A stretch of 53,688 bases of DNA. Source: an uncultured Methanomassiliicoccales archaeon (GTDB lineage: Archaea; Thermoplasmatota; Thermoplasmata; Methanomassiliicoccales; Methanomethylophilaceae). The notes beneath the pieces are model-generated. The model saw only the letters and a program-made list of their open reading frames with translations, made no database searches and had not been told where the DNA came from. The stretch is taken from NCBI GenBank assembly GCA_964445265.1, contig CAYUPU010000002.1, positions 1 through 53,688 on the forward strand. Reading direction: 5' to 3'. Positions 41,045 through 50,579 of this stretch are shown here, piece by piece (position 1 is the stretch's first letter; each line of letters opens with the position of its first letter). A program made the translations under genes and the position numbers.

Positions 41045-41839
41045 ATGTCTGTCGATTTCGAGAATCTGGAAAGGGCGATCGTCTCCGCCATCAAGAACGA
41101 CGTCGAGGATCAGGACGTCGCCGTGGCCTTCTCCGGCGGTCTGGACTCGGGTCTGGTGGCGGCCATTTCCAAGGACTACGCGAGGTCGGTGACGCTCTAC
41201 ACGTCCGGTCGCGACAAGTCATACGACGTCGTCATGGCGCAGGAGATGTCCGAGAAGCTGGGCCTGCCATGGCTCCATATCCCCATCACCGAGGACAACA
41301 TAGAGTCGAGGCTGAGGGAGATGATAACCATCACAGGCACCTCGTCCCCGCTCACGCTGTCCTTCGAGCTGCCGATGTTCTTCGTCTGCAGGACCGTGCA
41401 CGAGAAGTACATCATCGGCGGGCAGGGATCGGACGAGCTCTTCTACGGGTACAGCAAGTACGTCGGCCTGCCCGACGACGAGCTGGTCAGGCTCAGGAAG
41501 ACCGATATGGGGAAGCTGATCACATCCACCATACCCCACGAGACGCTGGTAGCCGACCACTTCGGCAAGAGGATCTACTACCCGTACATGGACCCGCTGG
41601 TCACCATGCAGGTCAACGCCATGGATCTGGACGAGCTCAAGCCCAAGGACAAGGACTCCAGGAAGATGCTCCTCAGGGAGATCGCCCGGGACCTCGGCTA
41701 TCCGTTCATAGCGGACAAGAGGAAGAAGGCGGCCCAGTACGGCTCCGGGACCATGGACCTGGTCAGGGACGTCGCGAAGAGGAAGGGCATGACCTACTCC
41801 GAGCTCGTCGACTCCATCTACAGGGACATATTCGAGCGA
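41045..41839 (+). CDS. Stand-alone asparagine-synthase C-terminal (ATP pyrophosphatase) domain protein
   Basis: AFSGGLDS, GQGSDELFYGY, KKAAQYGSG; no glutaminase domain. CGA 41837-41839, with TGA ending at 41845. Confidence 0.85.
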
Positions 41840-41869
41840 TTCTGAAACCGCGGCGGGGGTCCGCCCCCG

Positions 41870-42751
41870 TCGCTCCGTTGCATCCATCTCGCGGATAACG
41901 TGGTCCGCATAGGCGCCGGCGACATCCACCCCTGTGCACTCCTCGAACGATTCGAAGAACGCGTTCGAGTTGACCTCGCAGACTATCGAGTAGTCGCCGT
42001 CCTCGTCCTTCAGGAGGTCTATCCCGCAGTAGTCCAGCCCCAAGATCTCCGCGGCCCTCTCGGCCAATCTCCTGGTGCCAGCTCCCGGGTCGAAGGGCTC
42101 CGCGGATCCGCCCAGGGCGCAGTTCGATCTGAAGTCGGACGCGGACCTCCTGACCATCCCTCCCAGCGCCCTGCCGCCGACCACGATCACGCGCAGATCC
42201 TCCCCGATGCTGGTGGCCACCGCCTCCTGGTACAGGTGCCTGGTGCCCTTGAGCTCCTCCGATGCGGCATCCAGCCCGGCCCTGTCGCGGACCATGCGGA
42301 CGCCGGTCCCTCTGGATCCGTAGCATTCCTTGACGATCATCGGATAGCCGTACCTCGACTCCAGGATGTCGGCCGTTGCCGGGTCCAGGGGCATGGACCG
42401 GTCGTACATCATGGGGGCCGGGGTCGTGTCCGGCATGCGGATGCCGCCGCCGGCGAGCGCGATGTACGTGAGCATCTTGTCGTCGCAGACCTCGATCGAG
42501 CGGGCGGTGTCGAAGAGCCTGGTCCCGGCGGCCTCCAGCATCCTCGACGTGTACAGGTCCTTGTCCAGGAATAGGCAGAAGTCCGGGGCATCCGCGGCTA
42601 TGCGCCCCTCGGCAATGCGCGCGGGGAGCGACGTGTTCTGCACGATGTCCACGTCGGCGCCGCGGGCCAGGAGCTCCTCCTCCATCCTGGCAATCTGGTT
42701 CTCGTACGGTCCGTTGCGGAAGTAGGCGTTGCGAACGATGGATCCCCTCAT
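41870..42751 (-). CDS. RimK/LysX-family ATP-grasp ligase
   Basis: CDDK..TY, YPMIVKE.YGS.G.GV, DLRVIVVG, FRSN, CGIDLL, CEVNSN. CGA 41870-41872 gives 293 aa; standard-code end is 41219. Confidence 0.9.
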
Positions 42752-42851
42752 GCCGCTCGGACATCCGATAGCGCATCATCGCCTATAAACCAGGGCGGAT
42801 GGTCGGTACAGATATAAGCAGGCCGGCCATCGCACGGCAGCGTAGATTCAA

Positions 42852-44111
42852 ATGTCGACGGGTCCCAATACTGAGTGGTACGCCGGTCTGTCAAACAGGG
42901 GCGTGAGGCTGGGCCTCGAGGACGAGCGCGAGCTCCTCGGGAGGCTCGGCAGCCCTCAGGACTCCCTCCGGATCCTCCACGTCGCGGGAACCGACGGCAA
43001 GGGCTCCGTCTGCTCGTTGATGGAGTCCGTCCTCATCGCGTCCGGATGCTCGGTGGGCATGTTCACCTCTCCCGAGATCCTCAGCGTCAACGAGTGCATC
43101 AGGATAGCCGGCGCCGAGATCGAGGATGCGGATCTGGAGCAGGTCATGGGCGTGGTCAGGACGGAGGCGGAGGCCATGGCCGCGGAGGGGAGGCCCTGCA
43201 CATGGTTCGAGGTCCTCACCGCCGCGGCCCTCGTCGCATTCAGGACTGCGGGGGTGGAGTTCGCCGTCCTCGAGGTCGGCATGGGAGGGAGGCTGGATTC
43301 GACCAACGTCGTCGTTCCGGAGTCCTGCGTCATCAACAACATCGAGATGGAGCACGGCAGGTTCCTCGGTTCGACCCTGGAGGAGATAGCGGAGCAGAAG
43401 GCCGGGATAATGAAGCCGGGCGTCCCTTGCGCGACTATGAACCCGGACCCCGTGTTCCGCGTGCTGGAGGCGCGCTCCGCAGAGGTCGGGTGCCCCCTCC
43501 GCAGGATAATGCCGGAGGAGGTCGGCGTGGTGTCCATGGATCCGCGCTCGATCGTCATGGAGTACAGAGAGGAGCAGTTCCGCGTGGGCCTCCCCGGGAG
43601 GCACCAGGCCAGGAACGCCGTGCTCGCGATGGCCTGCCTCGCGGCCCTTCCAGACTTCGAGGAGCGCATCCGCCCCAGCCTGCACCGCGGGCTCGAGGAC
43701 GCCGCGTGGCCGTGCAGGATGCAGAAGCTGCTGGCCGACCCCATCGTCGTGGACGTCACCCACACCGTCGGCGGCGCCAGGGACCTGGCGTCGGACGTGT
43801 CGGAGATATACGGCAGGGTCGTCCTCGTGATAGGGATGCTGTCGGACAAGGACGTGGACGGCGTCATGAGGGAGCTGGCCCCCGTGGCCGAGAGGGTGGT
43901 GGTCACGGAGCCGCCGTCGCCCAGGGCGATGCCGTATCAGGAGGCCGCGGAGGCGGCGTCCCGGCATATGCGCGTGGACCTGGCGTGCCCGACGGTGGCC
44001 GGGGCGATGGATGCGGCTATGGGGATGAGGCGGGACGAGACCGTTCTCGTCACCGGGTCCCTGCGCATGGCGGAGGGGGTGCTGAGATGGCTCAATCAGA
44101 GATCGTACCGA
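42852..44111 (+). CDS. folC: Folylpolyglutamate synthase/dihydrofolate synthase family
   Basis: HVAGTDGKGS, FTSP, EVGMGGRLDSTN, KAGIMK, VTGSL. CGA 44109-44111; standard-code end is 44177. Confidence 0.9.
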
Positions 44112-44794
44112 TCCTGGACATCCTGTCCGGAGTGTACCTGGGCGGAGCGTATCCCGGGCGCAGCTCGGAGGGCCTGAACCCGTGGTGGCCGGCCGATCCG
44201 TTCCACGTGCTGGTGGCGACGATACTGTCCCAGCGCACCAAGGACGACAACACCCGGAGGGCGTCCGACAGGCTGTTCGGCCGCTTCGACTCCGTGGACG
44301 CGCTCGCGGATGCGGATCCGGCGGAGGTTGCCGAGCTGATCCGTCCGGCAGGGTTCCCGAACCAGAAGGCGAGGGCCGTGGTGGAGTGCTGCAGGATCCT
44401 GAGGGACGAGCACGGCGGCACCGTGCCGGAGGAGACCGAGGAGCTCGTCAAGCTCCCGATGGTCGGCAGGAAGACCGCGGCCTGCGTCCGGTCCTACGCC
44501 ATGGGAATACCGTCCGTGTGCGTGGACACCCATGTCCACAGGATATCCAATCTCATGGGATTGGTGGACACCAGGACCCCCGAGCAGACGGAGCTCGCTC
44601 TGATGGCCGTCACACCGAGGGACAGGTGGAACGACATAAACCGCTATCTGGTCCGCCACGGGCAGGTGGTGTGCCTTCCCAACCGTCCGCACTGCGAGCG
44701 GTGCCCCGTGGCGCATCTGTGCAGACACGGCAGGGAGGCCGCGTCCGACGGCCCCGCTCCGCGGATCCAGACGCGGCCGGGGGAGGAACATTAA
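44087..44794 (+). CDS. nth: Endonuclease III
   Basis: LVATILSQRT, LPMVGRKTA, VDTHVHR, CLPNRPHCERCPVAHLC; ends in TAA. Confidence 0.94.
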   Translation: MAQSEIVPILDILSGVYLGGAYPGRSSEGLNPWWPADPFHVLVATILSQRTKDDNTRRASDRLFGRFDSVDALADADPAEVAELIRPAGFPNQKARAVVECCRILRDEHGGTVPEETEELVKLPMVGRKTAACVRSYAMGIPSVCVDTHVHRISNLMGLVDTRTPEQTELALMAVTPRDRWNDINRYLVRHGQVVCLPNRPHCERCPVAHLCRHGREAASDGPAPRIQTRPGEEH

Positions 44795-44820
44795 AAGGAC
44801 GATTGCATGGTACACCGTCC

Positions 44821-45201
44821 ATGCACGAGGTCTCTGTCACGACGGGGATAGTCGATGCGGTCATCCAGGAGCTGTCCGGGTACCGCATCGAGAAGGTGAA
44901 CGCCGTCAACATCGCGATAGGGGATATGACGAGCCTCGGGGACGAGCAGATGCGGTTCGTCTACGAGATCGTGACCCGCGGGACGATACTCGAGGGCTCA
45001 GAGCTCTCGATAGAGCACGTGCCCGTCGAGGTCGAGTGCGACTCGTGCGGGTACAGGGGGCCGGCCAGGATGCTCACGGACCCCGACTACGAATCCCATT
45101 CCGTGCCGATACTCTCCTGTCCGGACTGCGGCGGCAGGATACGCGTCGTCAAGGGGATGGAGTGCACCGTCAGGAGCATGGATATCGAGGAGGCGGAATG
45201 A
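44821..45201 (+). CDS. hypA: Hydrogenase nickel metallochaperone
   Basis: MHE start; CDSC...CPDCG. Confidence 0.94.
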   Translation: MHEVSVTTGIVDAVIQELSGYRIEKVNAVNIAIGDMTSLGDEQMRFVYEIVTRGTILEGSELSIEHVPVEVECDSCGYRGPARMLTDPDYESHSVPILSCPDCGGRIRVVKGMECTVRSMDIEEAE

Positions 45202-46286
45202 TGTTCAAGTACAGGGACGAGGCGACGGCCAGGAGGATACTCGAGCGCATCGGGAATCTGGATGTGGATGTCCGCCTGATGCACATATGCGGAACGCATC
45301 AGGACACCATAGTCAGGTTCGGCCTGGAGGAGATGCTGAACGATGTGGGCGTCAGGATCGCGCAGGGCCCGGGGTGCCCGGTGTGCGTCACCACCAGCGC
45401 GGAGATCGCCGATGCCATCACCCTCGCCAGGAACGGCGTGACGGTCACGGCGTTCGGGGACATGATGAGGGTGCCCACCACGATTGGATCCCTCTTCGGG
45501 GCCAAGGCCGAGGGCGCGGACGTGCGCATCGTCTACTCCATAGACGACGCCGTCCAGATGGCCCGCGACGAGCCGGACAGGCCCCTGGTGTTCGTGGGAG
45601 TGGGGTTCGAGACGACCGCCCCGTCCACATGCGTCCCGCTCCAGAAGGACGACTGCCCCGAGAACTTCAGCGTCTACAGCTGCCACAGGATCTGCCCGCC
45701 CATCATAGAGGCGCTCTACGAGCTCGGCGAGAACAGGATAGACGGGTTCATCATGCCCGGCCATGTCGCCGTTATAACGGGCCTCGACATGTTCTATCCC
45801 GTGGCCGAGAAGCACCACGCGCCCCAGGTCGTCGCCGGCTTCGAGCCGCTGGACGTCCTCATGGCGGTGTACATGTTGTGCAGGCAGATCAAGGAGGGCA
45901 GGGCCGAGGTGGAGAACGAGTACACCCGCCTGGTCCGTCCGGAGGGCAACCCCGTCGCCAGGAGGCTGATGGAGGAGACCTTCGACCCGGTGGACCGCGC
46001 ATGGCGCGGATTCCCCGTCATAAGGAAGAGCGCCCTGGCCCTGAAGCCCCGGTTCGCCGACCACGATGCGACCAAGGTCCACGAGGACATCCTCGCCGGG
46101 ACGCCGGCCGTGGAGGCGGAGGCCAAGGGGTGCAGGTGCGGAGACGTCCTCAGGGGCGTCCTGTCATCGGAGGAGTGCCCCATGTTCGGGAAGGCATGCA
46201 AGCCCATGAGCCCGCTCGGGCCGTGCATGGTGTCGGCCGAGGGCAACTGCTCCATCGCGTACCGTCTCGGGTCGAGGCGGTACCGA
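45198..46286 (+). CDS. hypD: Hydrogenase formation protein
   Basis: ICGTH, GPGCPVC, GFETT, PGHV, GPCMVSAEGNC. CGA 46284-46286 overlaps the next ATG; standard-code end is 46379. Confidence 0.96.
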
Positions 46287-46864
46287 TGTCCGACGGTTGC
46301 GCAGGCACGAGGATCCTCGCCGAGATGCGCCTCGGCAAGAGGATCCTGGTTGTCACGAACGATTCGACGGTCTTCCTGAAGAGGGCCCTGTCGACCCCCT
46401 GGGAGATCTTCGGCGGCCGCGTGACGGAGGTCAAGAACCTGGTGGAGCGTCTGGACACGGCGGTCGACGGCAAGGGCGGGAAGCTCTGCGACGTGTCCTT
46501 CGGCGTGATAACGACGAAGTACGGCTTCGTCCCGGCCAACTACAACATCCTCCCGTACGACGGCGTGATGTCCGATAGGAAGGGCTACGAGGAGGCGGAC
46601 GGGAGGAAGCACTTCGTCGAGCAGACATCGTTCCTCACGAGGCCGTTCGACAAGGTGGTGATGTGCGTCCCCAACGACATGTTCGAGATGTTCCTGGACA
46701 GAGGGCAGATCGAGGACGGAAAACTCATCGCGGTCACATCCCCCAGGTTCAGAGAGGAGTGCGAGCGCCGCGGATGGACCTGGCTGGAGAGGAGGGGCGC
46801 CAGGGTCGGCTCGGGCAACGCCGATGAGATCGAGCGCCTCGTCCGCGAGCTGTGCTCGCCTCGA
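46286..46864 (+). CDS. Hypothetical protein, loosely DUF6884-like
   Basis: FGVITTKYGFVP..ILPYD. CGA 46862-46864; standard-code end is 46954. Confidence 0.7.
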
Positions 46865-47318
46865 GGTCGAGGAGCTGCTTCTTCAGGGCGGTGCCGCCGC
46901 TGTACCGCCCGATGCCGCCGGCCGCGGGAACGATCCTGTGGCAGGGGACGATGATGGGCAGGGGGTTCCAGGCGCACGCCGTGCCGACCGCTCTGGATGC
47001 GCCCGGGTGCCCCGATGAGGCCGCGATCTCCCCGTATGTGCGGGTCTCCCCGTACGGTACGGAGGAGACGGCCCTGGAGACATCCATCGAGAAGTCGGTG
47101 CCGGTCAGGCGCAGCGGCAGGTCGAAGCGCCTGCGTCTCCCCGACAGGTACTCGCCGATCTGCCCCTCCGCCTCTGCGAGAGCCTCCGTGACCCTCTGAT
47201 CCATTGGGTCCAGATTGTCGCTGGGCAGGTAGATGCGGATTATCCGCCCCTCCCCGTCCTCAGCGACGCTGAGGGTGCCTATGATCGTCAGGAACGAGTG
47301 CATGCAGGGACCCGTCAT
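46839..47318 (-). CDS. ogt: Methylated-DNA--protein-cysteine methyltransferase
   Basis: VPYGETRTYG, SRAVG, IVPCHRIV. Start 47303, 47318 or 47330. CGA 46839-46841; standard-code end is 46749. Confidence 0.93.
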
Positions 47319-47397
47319 GGGGCGCACCATACCCCTGCCCCGTTTATCCCTTTCCCTATAGCGACATGTTTTTCGGAACGGAGCGTTCCGGATGGCG

Positions 47398-48306
47398 ATG
47401 ATAATCTGCGCCAGCCGCCGCACCGACATCCCCGCGTTCCACGCGGAGTGGATGATGGCACGGCTCCGCGCCGGGCACTGCCTGGTGAGGAATCCGGTGA
47501 GCAGGGGCGTCCTGCACCGCATCGACCTCGACAGGCGGAACGTGGACTGCATAGAGTTCGTTACGAAGGACCCCCGTCCGCTGGCGCCGCACCTGAGGGA
47601 GATCATGGGCATGGGGCACATGTTCGTGTTCCATGTCACCCTCACGCCGTACGGCAGGAGGATCGAGCCCGGCGTAGGCCCCAAGGCCGACATCAGCGAT
47701 GCGTGCGAGGCCATCGCGGACAGGATAGGGAGGGACCGCATGGCCTGGAGGTACGATCCCGTGCTGATGGCACCGGGGGCGGACGTCCGCTACCATCTGA
47801 GGAAGTTCGCAATGCTCTGCGGGGAGGCGTCCAGATGGACCGATCGCTGCATATTCAGCTTCGTGGACACCTATGGGAGGACGCCGTCCGGGTACCGCGA
47901 GCCCACGATCGGGGAGCAGGACGAGTTCTGCAGGGAGGCGGTCCGCATAGCGGCGGACCACGGCATCTCATTGGACGCCTGCTGCCCGAAGCGCGATCTC
48001 TCCGCGTTCGGCATAGGGAGGCGCGGATGCTTCGATCCCGCCTCGATGCGCTCCCTGGACGTGCCGTACGAGTCCCAGAGCGTCCCGTACAGGGCCGGCT
48101 GCAGGTGCGTGAAGGCCGTCGATATAGGGGAGTATGGCACGTGCGGGCACGGCTGCATCTACTGCTACGCGTCCCGCCCCTCCCTGCCGGCGGGCTCCAC
48201 CAGGCTTTACTCCCCGGACACCGAGCTGCTGTGGGGCGCGGTCATGCCGAGGGACCGCATAGTGGATCTCAGGGGCCGGGACGCCTCCAGGATAGACGAT
48301 TTCCGA
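47398..48306 (+). CDS. DUF1848 family protein (radical-SAM-like, Cys-rich C-terminus)
   Basis: MIICASRRTDIPAF, WRYDP, DIGEYGTCGHGCIYCYA. CGA 48304-48306; standard-code end is 48390, over the mntP start. Confidence 0.9.
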
Positions 48307-48362
48307 CGCACCGTCATCCGCGGTGCTGGAAGTGTCATAAACACGGATCGCATGGCGGGCGT

Positions 48363-48923
48363 ATGGACCTGCTGGCCGTGGTTCTCATAGGCGTGGGGCT
48401 CGCCATGGACGCGTTCGCCGTGTCGGTGTGCAAGGGCATGGCCATGAGGCATCCGACCATCCGCCAGACGGTCGTCGTCGGCCTGTGGTTCGGGGGCTTC
48501 CAGGCCCTGATGCCCGTGATAGGGTTCCATCTGGGCGGAGCGCTCTACGACCATATATCGGCCTACGACCACTGGGTGGCGTTCGTCCTCCTTCTCCTGA
48601 TAGGCGTCAACATGGTTCGCGAAGGCCTTTCGGACGACGGTGGCGAGGCGGATGCGAGTCTGGGGTTCAGGACGATGCTCCTGCTCTCGATCGCGACGAG
48701 CATAGACGCTCTGGCGGTTGGGATATCCCTGGCCATGACGGAGGGCGAGATCCTGCTCCCGGCCGCGATCATAGGCGCGGTGACGTTCGTCCTCAGCGCA
48801 TGCGGGATCAGGCTCGGCAGCGTGTTCGGCGACAGGATGGGGTCCAGGGCCGAGATCCTGGGCGGGATCATCCTGATCGCCATCGGATCCAAGATACTGC
48901 TCGAGCACCTGGGGATCATCTGA
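48363..48923 (+). CDS. mntP: Manganese efflux pump MntP family
   Basis: GLAMDAFAVS, FQALMP, ATSIDALAVG, AEILGG. Confidence 0.93.
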   Translation: MDLLAVVLIGVGLAMDAFAVSVCKGMAMRHPTIRQTVVVGLWFGGFQALMPVIGFHLGGALYDHISAYDHWVAFVLLLLIGVNMVREGLSDDGGEADASLGFRTMLLLSIATSIDALAVGISLAMTEGEILLPAAIIGAVTFVLSACGIRLGSVFGDRMGSRAEILGGIILIAIGSKILLEHLGII

Positions 48924-48933
48924 CGGGCTCGGA

Positions 48934-49959
48934 TCGCTCGCAGTCCTTGGACTCCTCTTCCGAGGGCGTCCCGTCGGCGGGCTCCTCGACATCGGGCTGA
49001 TGCTCGATGAGGAGCATGTTCTCGACGTAGTCCTCGACAGCCGTCTCGGGGTCGCTCTCGCCCTCGTCCTTCTTCATGATCATCTGGAGGAGGCCCTTCT
49101 TCTTGCCGAGGAGGTCGTCCAGGACGGGTTCGGACTCCTTCTGGAGATCGATGTCGCTCCAGTGGTCGAACATCCTCACGAAGTCGGAGTCCGTCATGCC
49201 GGCGGTGTCGTTGGACAGGGCCCGGCGGATGAGGTCGTAGACGTGCAGGTCCTCGTTCTCGTCCTCGTCGTAGGTCTCCGGATCGTAGTTCCTGCTCTGC
49301 AGGTACTCGTCGATGACGGATATGAGGCCGGAAGGGTTCCTGTGGTATGCGACGACCCTCTTGAACAGGAGGGGGAATATGTCCTTGTAGAACTCGTCCT
49401 CGCCCTCGGCGGCCAGTCTGGCCGCGTCGTTCCTGCAGACGACGTAGACGGAATAGTACAGGAACGCCTTGCAGGAGAGCCCGGTGCTCTCATCCAGGTC
49501 GTCGGCGACCCTGTCGATGTGGGAGAGGACGTTGAACTCGATGAACTCTCTCTCCTTGTAGTGTATCATCCTGGACAGCGCGCTGGACATGAGGCAGACG
49601 TACGCATCGAGGTTGAACGCGTTCCCGATGAGCTCCAGCCCCTTCTTCCAGCTTACGAGGACCTTGCCGTCCTCGCCGGCCAGGGCGTAGACGTATCCCA
49701 GCACGAGGTGCGAGTCCCCGTTGCCGACGGTCTCCACGAGGTCCGTCGCGACCTCCATGGCCTTCTTCTCGTTGCCGTCCTCGATCGCTTCGAAAACGCT
49801 CCTGAAGCGGTCCTCGATCTCGCTGGGGCGGATGAACGCGGTCGCGTTCGCGCGGTCCTTCAGGATGAATTTCCCGCAGCTGTCGCAGACGTATCTGTCC
49901 GGGTATGTGGAATCGACGGTCCTGCCGCAGTAGGGGCAGCACATCACAGCGAAATCCAT
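48934..49959 (-). CDS. Zinc-ribbon plus TPR-like helical protein with an acidic tail
   Basis: CPYCG...CDSCG, helical repeats; TTATAT upstream. CGA 48934-48936; standard-code end is 48916. Confidence 0.75.
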
Positions 49960-50300
49960 GGACGCAAAAGAAGGGTATCGATATAAGAGGGTTGTCCAGG
50001 CCGTATCATGGTTGGACGATGCAGCCACAGTGGTCGTTTCATGGAGGAAACCGTCCGTATTTCGTGCGCGGCTCCTCCGTTTTCGCACCGTCTGGCCGTT
50101 CCGGACGTAGCGCCGTCCGGTATTGGTTGCACGCCGCATCGATGGTCCGAGCATCGCATCCGCGTGCCGCGCCCGTTCCGCGGAGGGGCATGCGCCCCTG
50201 CGCGCCGGAAGGCCCGGCCGGCTCCGCCACCCTGTTCCGGTGCGGGGATGCGATGATATTATGGAATGCCTAAAATATCGGCGACAGGAATCGGAGGGCC

Positions 50301-50552
50301 ATGTACAGGACGACAGTGAGCATCGAAGGCATGATGTGCGGCCACTGCGAGATAGCGGTGAAGGAGGCCGTGACGAGGGCTTTGGACGTGAGGAGCGCCA
50401 GGGCGTCGACGGCCAAGAGGAACTGCGTGATCGTGTCGGAGGGGCCCTTGACGGAGGAGGACGTCCGCAGGGCGTTGGATCCGACGGGCTACACCGTCAC
50501 CGGATTCAGGTGCGAGCCCTACGAGAGGAAGGGGCTGTTCGGAAGGAGGCGA
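50301..50552 (+). CDS. Heavy-metal-associated (CopZ-like) protein
   Basis: IEGMMCGHC...GY. CGA 50550-50552 gives 83 aa; the standard-code ORF would be 478 aa, mostly antisense to the next gene. Confidence 0.88.
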
Positions 50553-50579
50553 CCGGGGCCCGCCGGCCCCGTCGCCGGT

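Noticed and set aside
44730-44794. CGG as another possible stop (two CGG in the loose nth tail)
   Set aside because: CGG is common at internal Arg positions of conserved genes such as eno, rnz and hypA.
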